DNA of 64,000 bases from Theionarchaea archaeon (GTDB taxonomy: Archaea > Methanobacteriota_B > Thermococci > Methanofastidiosales > SZ-28-30). The stretch covers positions 160,001-224,000 of the forward strand of contig JACVGT010000011.1 of assembly GCA_018992685.1 (NCBI GenBank). The letters run 5' to 3'. Shown piece by piece: positions 29,352 through 40,368 of the stretch. Position 1 is the first letter of the stretch. Every line of letters starts with the position of its first letter. Below the pieces are notes generated by a model that was not told where the DNA came from, ran no database searches, and saw only the letters and a program-made list of their open reading frames with translations. The position numbers and the translations under genes are program-made.

Positions 29352-29852
29352 ATGAGTCATAATATCCGCTGTGAAACGGCACAGAGTCAACCAGAAGAGT
29401 GCGAATGCAGATGCAATGGGGAGTACCATGGCATACACAGACGGGACCTACCTGAGAGAGCTCAATTCGTGAACAGGAAAATGGGTGGAGGACTGGGAAG
29501 GATCATTCAGACCTTGAACAGGAGAAAGTTGGTGATGGCGTGCGGCATCCAGATAGAAATGGTTCTCTTCATTGGAATCGAAGATGAAGAGGGCATTCTG
29601 GATGGAGCTGGAAGGAAATGGGCAGTATACAGTAAGTGTCGATATCTGGTTGAAGGGAAATGCAGGAAGTTAGGAAAGACTCCCCGCAATACGGCAGAAT
29701 GCAAACCTGTCATCGTTGCGCCAACCTCATCAGGGATAGCTCAAATAGACCGCCTGAGCCTTGTGGAGATAAGCATCATCTGCTTTCTGTCGGCCAGGAG
29801 GGTATGGGAGTTCGAAAGCCCTGTGGAATCCATAGTGGTAGGCACAGAGTAA
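29352..29852 (+). CDS. Cys-rich hypothetical protein
   Basis: GGAGGTG RBS; N-term C-x9-CxCxCxGxxHG metal-binding-like motif. Confidence 0.6.
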   Translation: MSHNIRCETAQSQPEECECRCNGEYHGIHRRDLPERAQFVNRKMGGGLGRIIQTLNRRKLVMACGIQIEMVLFIGIEDEEGILDGAGRKWAVYSKCRYLVEGKCRKLGKTPRNTAECKPVIVAPTSSGIAQIDRLSLVEISIICFLSARRVWEFESPVESIVVGTE

Positions 29853-29891
29853 CAGAACCACCTTTAAAAGTGTTCCATGCAACAGGGAGTG

Positions 29892-31070
29892 ATGCATGTT
29901 TTTGGGTTTGTCGTTAATCCCATTGCTGGAATGGGTGGACGTGTTGGACTGAAAGGAACAGATAATGTGGTAGAAGAGGCAATTGAAAGAGGTGCAGAGC
30001 CTGTCTCAGGAGAAAGGGCACTTCGTATGCTGAAAGTGCTAGTAAGGGCACGCAATGAGTGCAAGAGAGAACTTCCCATTACCTGGGTTACTGTCTCCGG
30101 GAACATGGGAGCAGCCCTTCTCGAGGAGGCAGGCTTTTCTTCACAGGAGTACACAGTTCTCCATGAATGTGCGGACATCACGACGAGGGAAGATACAAAG
30201 AAGGCTTGCAGAGAATTTCAGACCCATAATGCAGAATTAATAGTATTCTGTGGAGGGGATGGGACAGCACGAGACATATTTGAGGTGGTAGATGCTGAAA
30301 CTCCTGTTGTGGGCATCCCGGCAGGAGTAAAAATGCATTCTGGCGTCTTTGGGGTCAATCCAGAAAGTGTAGCTGAAGTGATTCTCGCCTTTGTAGAGGG
30401 GAATTTGGGACTCAGCGAAGTGGAGATTATGGATTTGGATGAGATAGCATATCGTAAAGGAGAATGGAGAATAGACCTGCATGGTATTGCTGTTACTCCA
30501 TTTGAAGATAGTTATATACAGAGTGCCAAGATGATGGTTCGCGGGCCTTCAGAAGAAGAATTGAAAAAGGAAATTGCAGAGTATCTGCTAGAATTGATGG
30601 AGGAGGACACCTTATATATCCTGGGTTCGGGGAGCACTCTGAGAACTGTCGGTGAGGAACTGGGCATCGATAAGACTCTCCTGGGGATAGATGCTGTGGT
30701 CAATAGGACGTTGATCGGGAAGGACGTCAATGAAAAGGAATTGCTACGCCTCCTTGGAGAGTATGATCGTTCCACACTGATTGTCAGTCCCATTGGAGCA
30801 CAGGGATTCATACTGGGTAGAGGAAACCAGCAGTTAAGTCCAGCAGTTATAAAGAAAATTGGCATCGACAGAATCATGGTGGTTGCCACCCCCACCAAGC
30901 TCCAACAAACAGAAGCTTTGAGAGTGGACACCAATGATTCAGACCTGGATAGAGCATTTTCAGAGAAGAAATACTTCAGAGTTATTACAGGATACCACAC
31001 CATGGCTGTACGGAATGTCGAGGTTCAGGTAGCCAGGAGATCTCTTGAGAAACGTGGTGGGATTTTCTGA
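29892..31070 (+). CDS. ATP-NAD kinase family protein
   Basis: VNPIAGMGGRVGLKGTD, GGDGTARD, GVKMHSGVF, GRGNQQ. Confidence 0.9.
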   Translation: MHVFGFVVNPIAGMGGRVGLKGTDNVVEEAIERGAEPVSGERALRMLKVLVRARNECKRELPITWVTVSGNMGAALLEEAGFSSQEYTVLHECADITTREDTKKACREFQTHNAELIVFCGGDGTARDIFEVVDAETPVVGIPAGVKMHSGVFGVNPESVAEVILAFVEGNLGLSEVEIMDLDEIAYRKGEWRIDLHGIAVTPFEDSYIQSAKMMVRGPSEEELKKEIAEYLLELMEEDTLYILGSGSTLRTVGEELGIDKTLLGIDAVVNRTLIGKDVNEKELLRLLGEYDRSTLIVSPIGAQGFILGRGNQQLSPAVIKKIGIDRIMVVATPTKLQQTEALRVDTNDSDLDRAFSEKKYFRVITGYHTMAVRNVEVQVARRSLEKRGGIF

Positions 31071-31239
31071 ATCCTGGTCGTCGCCCTGTTCTTCTTTCGT
31101 GTTCAATGCTACCATTCTCGTGAACTCGCCATCTGATCTAAGACGACACCCCTTGTGAGGACGGTTCAGTTTCGCGCGCCACATGCAACCTTAAATACCT
31201 GTGTGTTGTAAGGTGTATAACTTATGCAGGAGGAATAAA

Positions 31240-32283
31240 ATGAAAGACACAATGCTGGCTGTCTTCAAAACCAACCCCGAGCCAGGAGGAACAGAAATCA
31301 GAGAGGTGCCAGTCCCTATCGTGGGAGCACGTGATGTTCTCATCAAGGTCAAAGCATGTTCTATTTGTGGAACAGATGTGCACATCTATAACTGGGACCA
31401 GTGGGCGCAGAAACGGATCACTCCTCCGCTCCTGTATGGTCATGAGTTTGGAGGAGAAGTCGTTGAAATCGGAAGTGATGTCACGACTGTTCAGGTGGGT
31501 GATTATGTCTCAGCAGAATCCCATATTTTCTGTGGTTCATGTTACAACTGTAGAATGCAACAGCGCCACATCTGCTCAAACCTGCAGATCCTGGGTGTGG
31601 ACACGTCAGGCATTTTTGCTGAATATGCTCGGATACCTGCCCAAAATATATGGAAGAACGATCCTGATTTGCCCATTGAGTATGCGAGTGTACAGGACCC
31701 ACTGGGAAATGCGGTGCATACCGTATTCGCGGCAGACGTCCCGGGGAGAAATGTGGTTATCCTGGGATGTGGGCCCATCGGGGTTTTCGCCACTGCAATC
31801 TGCCACACGATTGGTGCAGCTCAGATTTTTGCCACCGAGGCGAAGTATAAGTACCGGGCAGACATTGCAGAAAAAGTCGGTGCAGATCAAGTTTTCTTTG
31901 GTGATGTGGATGTGCATGCTGGAGTGATGGAAGCTACCGATGGAGTGGGTGCAGATGTGGTTTTGGAATTCACAGGAAGTCCTGCTGCTGTCAATCAGGG
32001 ACTCAAACTCCTGAGACCAGGAGGGACTATAGTGCTGCTGGGAGTATTTTCAAAAGAATTCACCACTGATCTCACTGATAACGTGGTTTTCAAGTATGTT
32101 ACGGTCCAGGGAATTACCGGGCGCCTGGTCTGGGATACCTGGTACAGAATGCGGGGCTTATTCAAAGCGGGGCTCAACGTGGATCCCGTGATAACCCATA
32201 CCTTTAAGTTTGAGGAGTTTTTCGAAGCAATGGAGGTCATGAGATCGGGAAACTCCGGAAAAGTCGTTCTATATATGGAATAA
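31240..32283 (+). CDS. tdh: L-threonine 3-dehydrogenase
   Basis: SICGTDVHIY.WD.WA, GHE, structural zinc Cys, GCGPIG; operon with kbl. Confidence 0.93.
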   Translation: MKDTMLAVFKTNPEPGGTEIREVPVPIVGARDVLIKVKACSICGTDVHIYNWDQWAQKRITPPLLYGHEFGGEVVEIGSDVTTVQVGDYVSAESHIFCGSCYNCRMQQRHICSNLQILGVDTSGIFAEYARIPAQNIWKNDPDLPIEYASVQDPLGNAVHTVFAADVPGRNVVILGCGPIGVFATAICHTIGAAQIFATEAKYKYRADIAEKVGADQVFFGDVDVHAGVMEATDGVGADVVLEFTGSPAAVNQGLKLLRPGGTIVLLGVFSKEFTTDLTDNVVFKYVTVQGITGRLVWDTWYRMRGLFKAGLNVDPVITHTFKFEEFFEAMEVMRSGNSGKVVLYME

Positions 32284-32296
32284 AGGAGGATATCCT

Positions 32297-33484
32297 ATGA
32301 AAAGAAATCCAACAGTATTCTTGAGAGAAGAATACCAGAACCTAGTAGAACAAAACTTAAACTGGAAATTACGAGTTCTGGAAGGACCTTCTGCTCCCCT
32401 CTCTGTGGTAGAAGGAAAGAAGGTTATTATGCTGTGTTCCAACAACTACCTGAATTTGTCCAACCATCCCAACCTGAAAAAAGCTGCCAAGGAGATTATT
32501 GACACACACGGCGCGGGATCGGGGTCAGTGCGGGCCATCGCGGGGACCATGGACATTCATATGGAGGTGGAGAAAGCTCTGGCGAGATTCAAGAGAACCG
32601 AAGCCGCTCTGGTATACCAGACAGGGTTTGCAGCTAATTCAGGGCTCATTCCCCAGCTGGTGGATAAGGGAGATTTAATCATATCCGATGAGTTGAACCA
32701 CGGGTCCATCATTGATGGAGTTCGGCTCTCTGCAGCTGACAGAGCGATTTTCAAACACAGGGACTATAGCAATTTGGAGGACGTGTTGAACGAGGCTGAA
32801 AAGGAAGCCTACAGACGAATATTGATCATCACGGACGGTGTTTTCTCCATGGATGGAGATGTTGCCAGAATGGATGCAATAGTGAACCTGGCAGAAGAAC
32901 ATGGTGCCATGACCTATGTGGATGATGCTCACGGGGAAGGAGTTCTTGGCGAGAACGGCAGAGGAATTGGCGCTCACTACAATCTGGAAGGGAAGATCCA
33001 TGTGGAAATGGGGACCTTCTCAAAGGCATATGGTGTGGTGGGTGGCCTCATTGCAGGAAGCCGTGATTTGGTGAATTTCGCCTTCAATAAGTCCAGGACC
33101 TGGCTATTGTCTGCCTCTCATCCTCCCCAAGTGGCTGCAGCTCAACTGGCAGCCATTCAGATATTGGAATCTGAGCCCGAGCACTGGAAAAGACTGTGGA
33201 ATAATACCACATATTTCAAGAAAGAGTTGAAGAGCATGGGCTTCGACACCGGTCAATCAGAGACTCCCATTACTCCTGTTATTGTGGGGGAATCCAGCGT
33301 TGCCAAAGCATTGTCTGACAAACTTTTCGAGAACGGTGTATTCGCGTTACCCATTGTGTTCCCCATGGTGGCCAAGGACAAGGCCCGCATCAGGACCATG
33401 ATGAATGCAGGTCTAACCGATGAGGACTTGAACGACGCTCTGCGAGCCTTTGAAACGTGTGGAAAAGAATTGAAGATCGTGTAA
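32297..33484 (+). CDS. kbl: Glycine C-acetyltransferase (2-amino-3-ketobutyrate CoA ligase)
   Basis: CSNNYL, SDELNHGSIIDG, DGVFSMDG, DDAHG, TFSKA; follows tdh. Confidence 0.88.
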   Translation: MKRNPTVFLREEYQNLVEQNLNWKLRVLEGPSAPLSVVEGKKVIMLCSNNYLNLSNHPNLKKAAKEIIDTHGAGSGSVRAIAGTMDIHMEVEKALARFKRTEAALVYQTGFAANSGLIPQLVDKGDLIISDELNHGSIIDGVRLSAADRAIFKHRDYSNLEDVLNEAEKEAYRRILIITDGVFSMDGDVARMDAIVNLAEEHGAMTYVDDAHGEGVLGENGRGIGAHYNLEGKIHVEMGTFSKAYGVVGGLIAGSRDLVNFAFNKSRTWLLSASHPPQVAAAQLAAIQILESEPEHWKRLWNNTTYFKKELKSMGFDTGQSETPITPVIVGESSVAKALSDKLFENGVFALPIVFPMVAKDKARIRTMMNAGLTDEDLNDALRAFETCGKELKIV

Positions 33485-33651
33485 CTGATCTCTTTTTTCT
33501 CTTTTGTTCAGGTTCCTGTTTATGCTCAAAGCGAACAGAATTCAGGATAACACAGTTATTTGGGAGACGTGCCGGCAAATAGCAGCTTTTGAGGGCCATA
33601 ACATTTTTAAGGATAAAGGTCTTGGATTTCATACTCCAACGACGTGATATA

Positions 33652-34023
33652 ATGGTCTTCCTGGCAAGAATCATGAGCCCGAACCCGGGCTCAGAGGAGT
33701 TAGAATCACTTATTAGAGACATGGAACCTAGAAGGGTCACCGGCGTGCTCAGAGTTACATTTGATGCATGTTCTGGATTTATTGCTCTTGAGAATGGCAG
33801 TATTGTGGACGGATATGAAATATACAGAGATGGACTTCTGGTGAGGGACAGGCAGGCACGCCACATTGTGGAGCGGTTCAGGGGAGAGCCTGGCAGGATT
33901 GACGTCTACCCTGTGAACTCTCATGTCCTTCAGACGTTTCTTTCTACACTGGAAGATGATCTTCCTCAGAATTTCAGGAGCTGGTTTCAATCTCTGTTCA
34001 ACTCCTGCAATGACACTAATTAA
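33652..34023 (+). CDS. Hypothetical protein (DUF2226/PATAN-like)
   Basis: TGVLRV...GFIALENG.IV...IDVY pattern. Confidence 0.55.
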   Translation: MVFLARIMSPNPGSEELESLIRDMEPRRVTGVLRVTFDACSGFIALENGSIVDGYEIYRDGLLVRDRQARHIVERFRGEPGRIDVYPVNSHVLQTFLSTLEDDLPQNFRSWFQSLFNSCNDTN

Positions 34024-34177
34024 CGAGGGCAACGTCATCTCTCAGGTCCCACTTCCTCCTTCTCTCTTTTCCTCTTCCTCTCGAGGGGATGCAGGTGTCA
34101 CCCCTCAATCATGTAGAGGGATGATCTACCTCATTGTCCAGAGGAATGCTTAAATATCCTGCCATATTCTCTCACGT

Positions 34178-35020
34178 ATGAATGTGGTCTTCTCGCCTCG
34201 ATGCCTGGAATTCAAGTCCCCTGGTCACCCCGAGTCACCGGAACGTGTACGAAAGACATATGAACTCCTCACACAAAAGGACTATTCGTTTGTCGAACCT
34301 TCACCCTGTACAGAACAGGATCTCCTTCTGGTTCATTCTCCAGAACTTGTGAGAAGTGTTAAGAACAATGACTTTTACAACTGGGACTCTCCCAACCTCC
34401 CTCACATCTATGATTTTGCTGTCTTATCTGCAGGAGGGTCAGTGACAGCCATGGAATTATCCCTTTCCGAGGGAAGGAGTTTTTCGCTGATGCGTCCTCC
34501 TGGACATCACGTTTCACGAGAAAGCCTGGGCGGATTCTGTTATTTCAATAATGTGGCCATTGCTGTGGCCAAGGCCCTGACCACGCTCGATAGGGTGGCA
34601 ATACTGGATTTTGACTGTCATCATGGAAATGGAACCCAGGCCATTTTTTTGGGAAATCCAGCCGTCCTCTACATATCGTGGCATCAAATCCACATATATC
34701 CCGGAACAGGTCACCAAAGTCAATCGAATTGCATAAACTTTCCATTGAATGCAGGAGCCGACCACAACGATTTCATGGCCCTATTTGAGAAAGGATGTAA
34801 GAAAACACTTGAATTTAACCCTGACCTCATAGCAGTATCTGCTGGGTTTGATGGATACATAGGAGATCCTCTGTCCATGTTGAGATTCCAGCAGAAAACA
34901 TATGAGGAGATCGGTGAAAGGGTCAAATCCGTTGGATGTCCCAGTTTCGCTGTACTGGAAGGAGGATATGGTGGAGAACTCCCCCTCTGTGTACACAAAT
35001 TCCTGCAGGGCTACTTCTAG
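34178..35020 (+). CDS. Histone deacetylase family protein
   Basis: HPESPER, RPPGHH, GFCYFNN, DFDCHHGNGT, SAGFD, LEGGY. Confidence 0.93.
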   Translation: MNVVFSPRCLEFKSPGHPESPERVRKTYELLTQKDYSFVEPSPCTEQDLLLVHSPELVRSVKNNDFYNWDSPNLPHIYDFAVLSAGGSVTAMELSLSEGRSFSLMRPPGHHVSRESLGGFCYFNNVAIAVAKALTTLDRVAILDFDCHHGNGTQAIFLGNPAVLYISWHQIHIYPGTGHQSQSNCINFPLNAGADHNDFMALFEKGCKKTLEFNPDLIAVSAGFDGYIGDPLSMLRFQQKTYEEIGERVKSVGCPSFAVLEGGYGGELPLCVHKFLQGYF

Positions 35021-35100
35021 TTGCGGGTTCTTTTTCCTGGTGTTCAACTTCACTCCACACGCCAGCCATAACCTTATATCCTCATGAGCTAAACCTTCGC

Positions 35101-35481
35101 ATGATTGAAGGTGACGAGCAGCTGTGCATTGGGTGCAGAGCATGCGAAATTGTATGCGCCATTTCCCTCTTTGGCGAAAGTAATCCGGAAAAGTCTGCTG
35201 TCAGAATCACTACTGAGCCAGACAGTACTGTCATGATCACTGTCTGCAACCAATGCGGCGAGTGTGAAAAGGCGTGTCCGGAAGGTGCCATCTACCTAGA
35301 AGATGACATAGTGAAGATTAACAACAGGTGCACGGGGTGTTATGTCTGTGTCGAATCCTGTCCTGCAGGTGCTCTTTTCACGCACAGCGATGTTCTGGAA
35401 CCTATCAAATGCACTCACTGCCTCAGATGTGTGGAATCGTGCCCGGTTAATGCGTTGTATGTACTCTCTCTTGAGCGGTGA
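35101..35481 (+). CDS. 4Fe-4S dicluster (polyferredoxin-like) protein
   Basis: Four CxxCxxCxxxC motifs; TATA upstream of ATG 35101. Confidence 0.85.
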   Translation: MIEGDEQLCIGCRACEIVCAISLFGESNPEKSAVRITTEPDSTVMITVCNQCGECEKACPEGAIYLEDDIVKINNRCTGCYVCVESCPAGALFTHSDVLEPIKCTHCLRCVESCPVNALYVLSLER

Positions 35482-35700
35482 CCCAGGATCTGGTCCCCTT
35501 TGATCTAGGATTGACCTAGGATCTATCTTCCATGCCCCAGGTGACAAAATATATATCAGGTAGTTCCATGTCGTGGAAGTCGTATCTTGTATGATGCTTC
35601 TCTGAGACTCAGAAATCCTCTTGTTTTGATATCTCTGGACGAAGACACTCAAATCTTACCTTTGACAACCTTTATAAGAGACCTTTTCCACAACAATGTA

Positions 35701-36825
35701 ATGAGACGCAAGGAAATTAAGGATATTCTCCTCTATGATGAAACATTGATCAAAAATGATCGGGTTTTTGATCCAGAGTACACGCCAGATCGGTTTGGGT
35801 TCAGAGACTCCCAACTGCAGCAAATCACCTACAATTTGAGGCGTGGAATCATGGGAGGGAGCCCGGTAAACTCCTTGATTTTGGGTCCTTGCGGCACAGG
35901 GAAAACTACTTCTGTGAAATTGGTGTTTGACGAAGTGGAACAGTCTTCAGATAAGATCGTCCCTGTGTACATCAACTGTCAGTTCAACAGCACACCCTTC
36001 CAGATTTTCGCCCAGATCTACAAGAAGGTGGTTGGACATCTCCCTCCTGAGACGGGGGTTCCCCTGGCCAGAATTCAAAATGAGATCATGAAGAAACTGC
36101 AGAGAGAAGGCAAATGCCTGGTGGTAGCTTTGGATGACATTGACCACCTCTTCTATGATAAGTATGCCAATGATATTCTGTATGATATCTTGAGAGCCCA
36201 TGAGAAGTACACTGGAGTGAGGACAGGCGTCATTGGCATTTTGTCTGAGAATGAATTCCGATTCGTGCTGGCAACCAAAGTGCATACCGTCTTCCATCCC
36301 AGCGAGATCTTCTTTGATCCTTATACTCGCAGTCAGATCTATGAGATTCTCAGAGATAGGATGCTCCATGGCTTGGTGGAAAATGTTCTATCAGATGAAC
36401 TGCTCTCATACATTACGGGTCTGACATTGGATGCTGGAGACCTGCGTGTGGGAATTGAACTCATGTACCGCAGTGCTCTGGAAGCTGAGGCAGACGGTTC
36501 CAGAAAAATCTCGCAGGAGCATGCGGATCGAGCCCACGCGGCTGAAGCCAGGACTATCCATCTCAAGCGCATACTCCAGGGATTGTCTCCCGTTGAGAAG
36601 GCACTGCTCAAGATGCTAGCTGAAAACCAGGGAGAAATGTTGTCCAAGCAATTATATACCCTCTTCGAGGACAGAACAGGGCACAAACTGAAGAAGTATA
36701 ACGCAGTCGTGGGGAAGCTGGAAGCCTTGCGCCTGGTGGATGCACCCTATGTGAAAAAAGTGGGACGTTCTCGAAGAATAATCTCGAGATATGACGAAAA
36801 TGACATCATACGATATCTGAAATAG
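35701..36825 (+). CDS. cdc6: Orc1/Cdc6 replication initiator
   Basis: Walker A GPCGTGKT, YINC, Walker B VALDDID, GDLR, C-terminal winged helix. Confidence 0.93.
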   Translation: MRRKEIKDILLYDETLIKNDRVFDPEYTPDRFGFRDSQLQQITYNLRRGIMGGSPVNSLILGPCGTGKTTSVKLVFDEVEQSSDKIVPVYINCQFNSTPFQIFAQIYKKVVGHLPPETGVPLARIQNEIMKKLQREGKCLVVALDDIDHLFYDKYANDILYDILRAHEKYTGVRTGVIGILSENEFRFVLATKVHTVFHPSEIFFDPYTRSQIYEILRDRMLHGLVENVLSDELLSYITGLTLDAGDLRVGIELMYRSALEAEADGSRKISQEHADRAHAAEARTIHLKRILQGLSPVEKALLKMLAENQGEMLSKQLYTLFEDRTGHKLKKYNAVVGKLEALRLVDAPYVKKVGRSRRIISRYDENDIIRYLK

Positions 36826-36939
36826 ATTATTCTCAGTATACAGGTATCACGTTCTGCCGATGTCGGTTTCTTCCTTGCTTTTCATCCCGTGCGACTGTTG
36901 AGGGGATAATTTTATATACGTGTAGTACGTAGGGGAAAC

Positions 36940-37161
36940 ATGGAAGACTGGGATCGGATGGTTTCCTCCATGAAGGAGAAGATCATGGAGGGAGATACAA
37001 CCCCTGTAGAATACCTGGACAAGACCATCACTTTCTTCAGGGAGAACTACCACAGGGACCCCCAGCCCGCACTGCTGTGGAACTTGATAGCCTTGAGGGA
37101 CGAGCTTATTCGACTGAAAGAGACATACAAGACCATTCGGGAGATTGAGGGTGGAGAGTAG
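36940..37161 (+). CDS. Small hypothetical protein
   Basis: 73 aa helical ORF with TATA (TTTTATATA) about 30 nt upstream. Confidence 0.65.
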   Translation: MEDWDRMVSSMKEKIMEGDTTPVEYLDKTITFFRENYHRDPQPALLWNLIALRDELIRLKETYKTIREIEGGE

Positions 37162-37235
37162 CACGGCAGCCTGAACGCAGAGGATAACCTTTCTTCTTCT
37201 GTAAAAGAGCAATATACTTGTATCAATGTGGAACT

Positions 37236-38972
37236 TCAATTCTGATCTTCTTGGAGCTTCTTCAATGCTTCGCGGTACTGTTCTCTGTTAATTTCGCCAT
37301 AGACGAACTGGGCCTTCAGTTTCCGTTCCTTGTCTTTAACCTTCTCCGGCACTTCCTTCTTTCCGGGTTCCTTCCTTCTGGGTTCCGGTTTTTCTTCTTT
37401 TTCTGCCACAGCCTGAATGGGTTTCTTCCCCCGCCTTTTCATCAGTGCAAATATCCCTATTCCAAGCCCGCCCACCACCAGCGGTATCAACAGAATTCCC
37501 AGTGGCCTGCGATCCTCTTCTGGCTGGGTCTCTTCCTCTTCTCCCGGTGTTAACAAGCTTTCTATCTCCGCTATCCTGTCAGAGCATGCCTCCGCCTCAT
37601 CCTTCTTTCCCAATTCCTGATACATATTCATGGCATCCCGGTACAGGCGAAGTGCCTCCTGATACTGCTCCTGCTCAAAATAGGCTTCTGCTTCAGCGAA
37701 AGCGACATCAGCCGCCTCCAATTCCAGTATCTCCTCACACTGGCCAATATACTCCAGGCATTTGTCAGCCATCTCCCGGTTGTCACTTTCTAGGAATGCC
37801 GTCTTGGCCTGATTGAACAAGTTGATTGCTTCTGCACAGTCCCCCTGGTCAAACATGGCCATTGCCTTATCGTAGTACTCACTCCCTTTGTCTGGAGACG
37901 GTGTTATCCCTGCTTGATTCTTCAAATAGAACAAATAGGAATCTAGGTCACCTGCCATGGCACTTATTGATTGAGAAAGGAGAATGTCTGGCCAGCCATC
38001 TCTATTCAAATCCGTAACAACCATGTCAGTGAATTTATCTCGCAATTCAACGCGCGAAAACCGGTACTGCCACAGAAGAGTACCTTTCAGGTCCAGAACT
38101 TCCAACCTCAAGAGGGATGAAGCCACGATAATCTCTTGTATCCCATCCTGGGTCAAATCCACAACAGCCAGAATGTCGGCACGCGATGACCTGAGAACAA
38201 GTTCTTGCTTCAGGCCATCAGACCTGGCCTGCCAGATGTAGATCCTTCTGTTATCGGTGGAGACAAAGATCTCCTTTTCCCTGTCCCCATTGCTATCTTC
38301 AACAGTCATGTCCAACAAGTTTTGAGCTCCAGGGCTGGTCCACAGTTTGCTCCCATACATGTCAAACACATGAACGTTCTGCGTTGTCAAAACGATTACT
38401 TCCTTGGTATCATCCCAGGTCAAATCAGTGATAATAATCTTCTTGATCTGGCTACCTATATTGTACCTCCAGGATAGCGTTTCACCTCTACAGATGACTT
38501 CTCGAGTCCCAATCAGGAGTTCTGCATTTCCGTCCTTATCCAGATCGTCAGCCTCACAGGCGAATACAACCGTGCCCACCTGCGGGAAATTCAGGTTCTG
38601 TGCTTTGTTTGACAGAACGTACAAATCTGCTGTGGAAACCAGAATTTCCTGCAACCCATCTCCATCCAGATCTGAAATTGATAGTCCGTTGACGGGATAG
38701 GAGTATGTCCACTGATATCTCTTGTTTCCCTTTGAGTCCATGACAACCACAGGGTATTCAGGAAGCCCTGCTTTGGGTCTGACGCTTATAGCTGCCACAA
38801 TGTCCTGAAGTCCGTCTCCGTCAAGATCAGCTACAGCCAGGTGATTGATAGTTTCTTTTCTTTCCTCTGTGCTATAGCTGCGTTGCCATTCCTTTACGAA
38901 AAAATCCTGAGCGGACAGAGAGGCGATCAGCATAGCACCTATGCAAGCCAGGAGAACACTTCTTCGGTTCAA
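37236..38972 (-). CDS. FG-GAP/VCBS repeat plus TPR surface protein with TM anchor
   Basis: Signal peptide; DLDGDG..EI repeats; TPR-like helices; TM and basic tail ending in SHOCT-like GEINREQY. Confidence 0.8.
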   Translation of the reverse strand: MNRRSVLLACIGAMLIASLSAQDFFVKEWQRSYSTEERKETINHLAVADLDGDGLQDIVAAISVRPKAGLPEYPVVVMDSKGNKRYQWTYSYPVNGLSISDLDGDGLQEILVSTADLYVLSNKAQNLNFPQVGTVVFACEADDLDKDGNAELLIGTREVICRGETLSWRYNIGSQIKKIIITDLTWDDTKEVIVLTTQNVHVFDMYGSKLWTSPGAQNLLDMTVEDSNGDREKEIFVSTDNRRIYIWQARSDGLKQELVLRSSRADILAVVDLTQDGIQEIIVASSLLRLEVLDLKGTLLWQYRFSRVELRDKFTDMVVTDLNRDGWPDILLSQSISAMAGDLDSYLFYLKNQAGITPSPDKGSEYYDKAMAMFDQGDCAEAINLFNQAKTAFLESDNREMADKCLEYIGQCEEILELEAADVAFAEAEAYFEQEQYQEALRLYRDAMNMYQELGKKDEAEACSDRIAEIESLLTPGEEEETQPEEDRRPLGILLIPLVVGGLGIGIFALMKRRGKKPIQAVAEKEEKPEPRRKEPGKKEVPEKVKDKERKLKAQFVYGEINREQYREALKKLQEDQN

Positions 38973-39102
38973 AGAACCACCACTTCACGTTCGGACAATT
39001 CCTATATAAATATTGGTATGCCACCACCTGTGGCAGTCTCGCAATTCTTGGGTTTGTATGGATTGCCGCATACCTAATGGTTAAAAGAAATGGGGAATGT
39101 GC

Positions 39103-40368
39103 ATGAAAGTGGTGATAGCGTTGAAATGGCTCGTGATAGCAGCACTGATTCTGGGGGGCCTGACCCCCGTGGGGTGTGAGGATGGTCTTTCTCATATCCT
39201 CATCGATACGGGTCATGGGGGGTATCCCCTTCTGGGCGATACGCTTCATGATTTTACGCAGTTGGCAGCAGAGAAGGGGTTCAGTGTAGATTTCAAGGGG
39301 CTGGAGAGGGTGGAAACACACGCTTATTCCCTGATACTGCTCCTGAATCCAGAGAATGCATTCGGTTCAGAAGATGTTGAGGTAGTGAGGAAGTACCTGC
39401 GTGAAGGAGGAACGGTCTTTTTGGCGGGATCGGGAGATTTCGACAACAGGGATCACAGTGAGGTCACCAACCCTTTGCTTGAAGAGATGGGATCCAGTGT
39501 GCGGTTCAATGACGATCAGATAACGGATGAAAAAAACACGGGGAAACCGTATATACCCTTCGTTGATAGGTGGGTTCCTCACCCGGTGACTGAGTCTCTT
39601 CCTCCCATCAGTGTGTATAGTTCCCAATCCGTTTCACTGGGCAGGGGATATCCTTTGCTCCGAGGGAATAGGACGACTCAGAGCAGTGACACAGACGGCC
39701 AAGGTTCTGCAGCTGGCACGGGTGAGAATGTTACCTTCATGGCTGTAGAACGGCTGGGAGAGGGCGATCTTTTTGTGGCAGGATCGTGGGACGTTCTCAC
39801 CGGGTTCAGATTCCCTGGTCATTTTCAATTCGCTGAGAACCTGCTGTGGTTTTGCCAGAGTAAGACTACCATCCCGTTGTATGACGAACTGTTCCTGGGA
39901 GCGACCATTTCCACGGGGAAGGAGTGTCGGCCTGAGGTTGATGAAAAAGGGGCTCAGATCCTCTCATCACTGCTTCCAGGACCAGAGAGGAAGGATGTGT
40001 CAATCATCATTGGAGGCCCTCAGGTCAATTCTGACTGTGCAAGAATTAATCCCTTCCTACCCGTGAAGTTCGAGAGAGATGAGATACTGGGCACATGGTG
40101 CATGACCAGAGATGGGGAGCGGTTCACCGGTCAGAATTGTGGCATGGTGGCAGTGGTGACGGTACAGGGTCAGAAGGTGTTGATCATAGCAGGACTGGGA
40201 GGCACGGGAACAAGGGGGGCAATCGCTCTCCTGATGCAACTTGACAACTATGACCTTGCCCCCCGGTACAACACGAATGGGGAAGCCGTCCTGTTTACTG
40301 TAGACGGGGACACGAACAACAATGGGATTTGTGAACCCTCAGAACTATGGGAAATATCCGTCCTATGA
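39103..40368 (+). CDS. Secreted DUF4350/GldG-like protein with S-layer-like C-terminus
   Basis: Signal peptide; ILIDTGH, YLREGGTVF, HPVTE; IIGGPQVN...IAGLGGTGT. Confidence 0.7.
   Translation: MKVVIALKWLVIAALILGGLTPVGCEDGLSHILIDTGHGGYPLLGDTLHDFTQLAAEKGFSVDFKGLERVETHAYSLILLLNPENAFGSEDVEVVRKYLREGGTVFLAGSGDFDNRDHSEVTNPLLEEMGSSVRFNDDQITDEKNTGKPYIPFVDRWVPHPVTESLPPISVYSSQSVSLGRGYPLLRGNRTTQSSDTDGQGSAAGTGENVTFMAVERLGEGDLFVAGSWDVLTGFRFPGHFQFAENLLWFCQSKTTIPLYDELFLGATISTGKECRPEVDEKGAQILSSLLPGPERKDVSIIIGGPQVNSDCARINPFLPVKFERDEILGTWCMTRDGERFTGQNCGMVAVVTVQGQKVLIIAGLGGTGTRGAIALLMQLDNYDLAPRYNTNGEAVLFTVDGDTNNNGICEPSELWEISVL

Noticed and set aside
35482-35700. Possible replication origin upstream of cdc6 (GTTCCATGTCGTGGAAG near 35563)
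   Set aside because: Single degenerate ORB-like word, no G-string, no repeats or clear AT-rich unwinding element, and only a 220-bp gap
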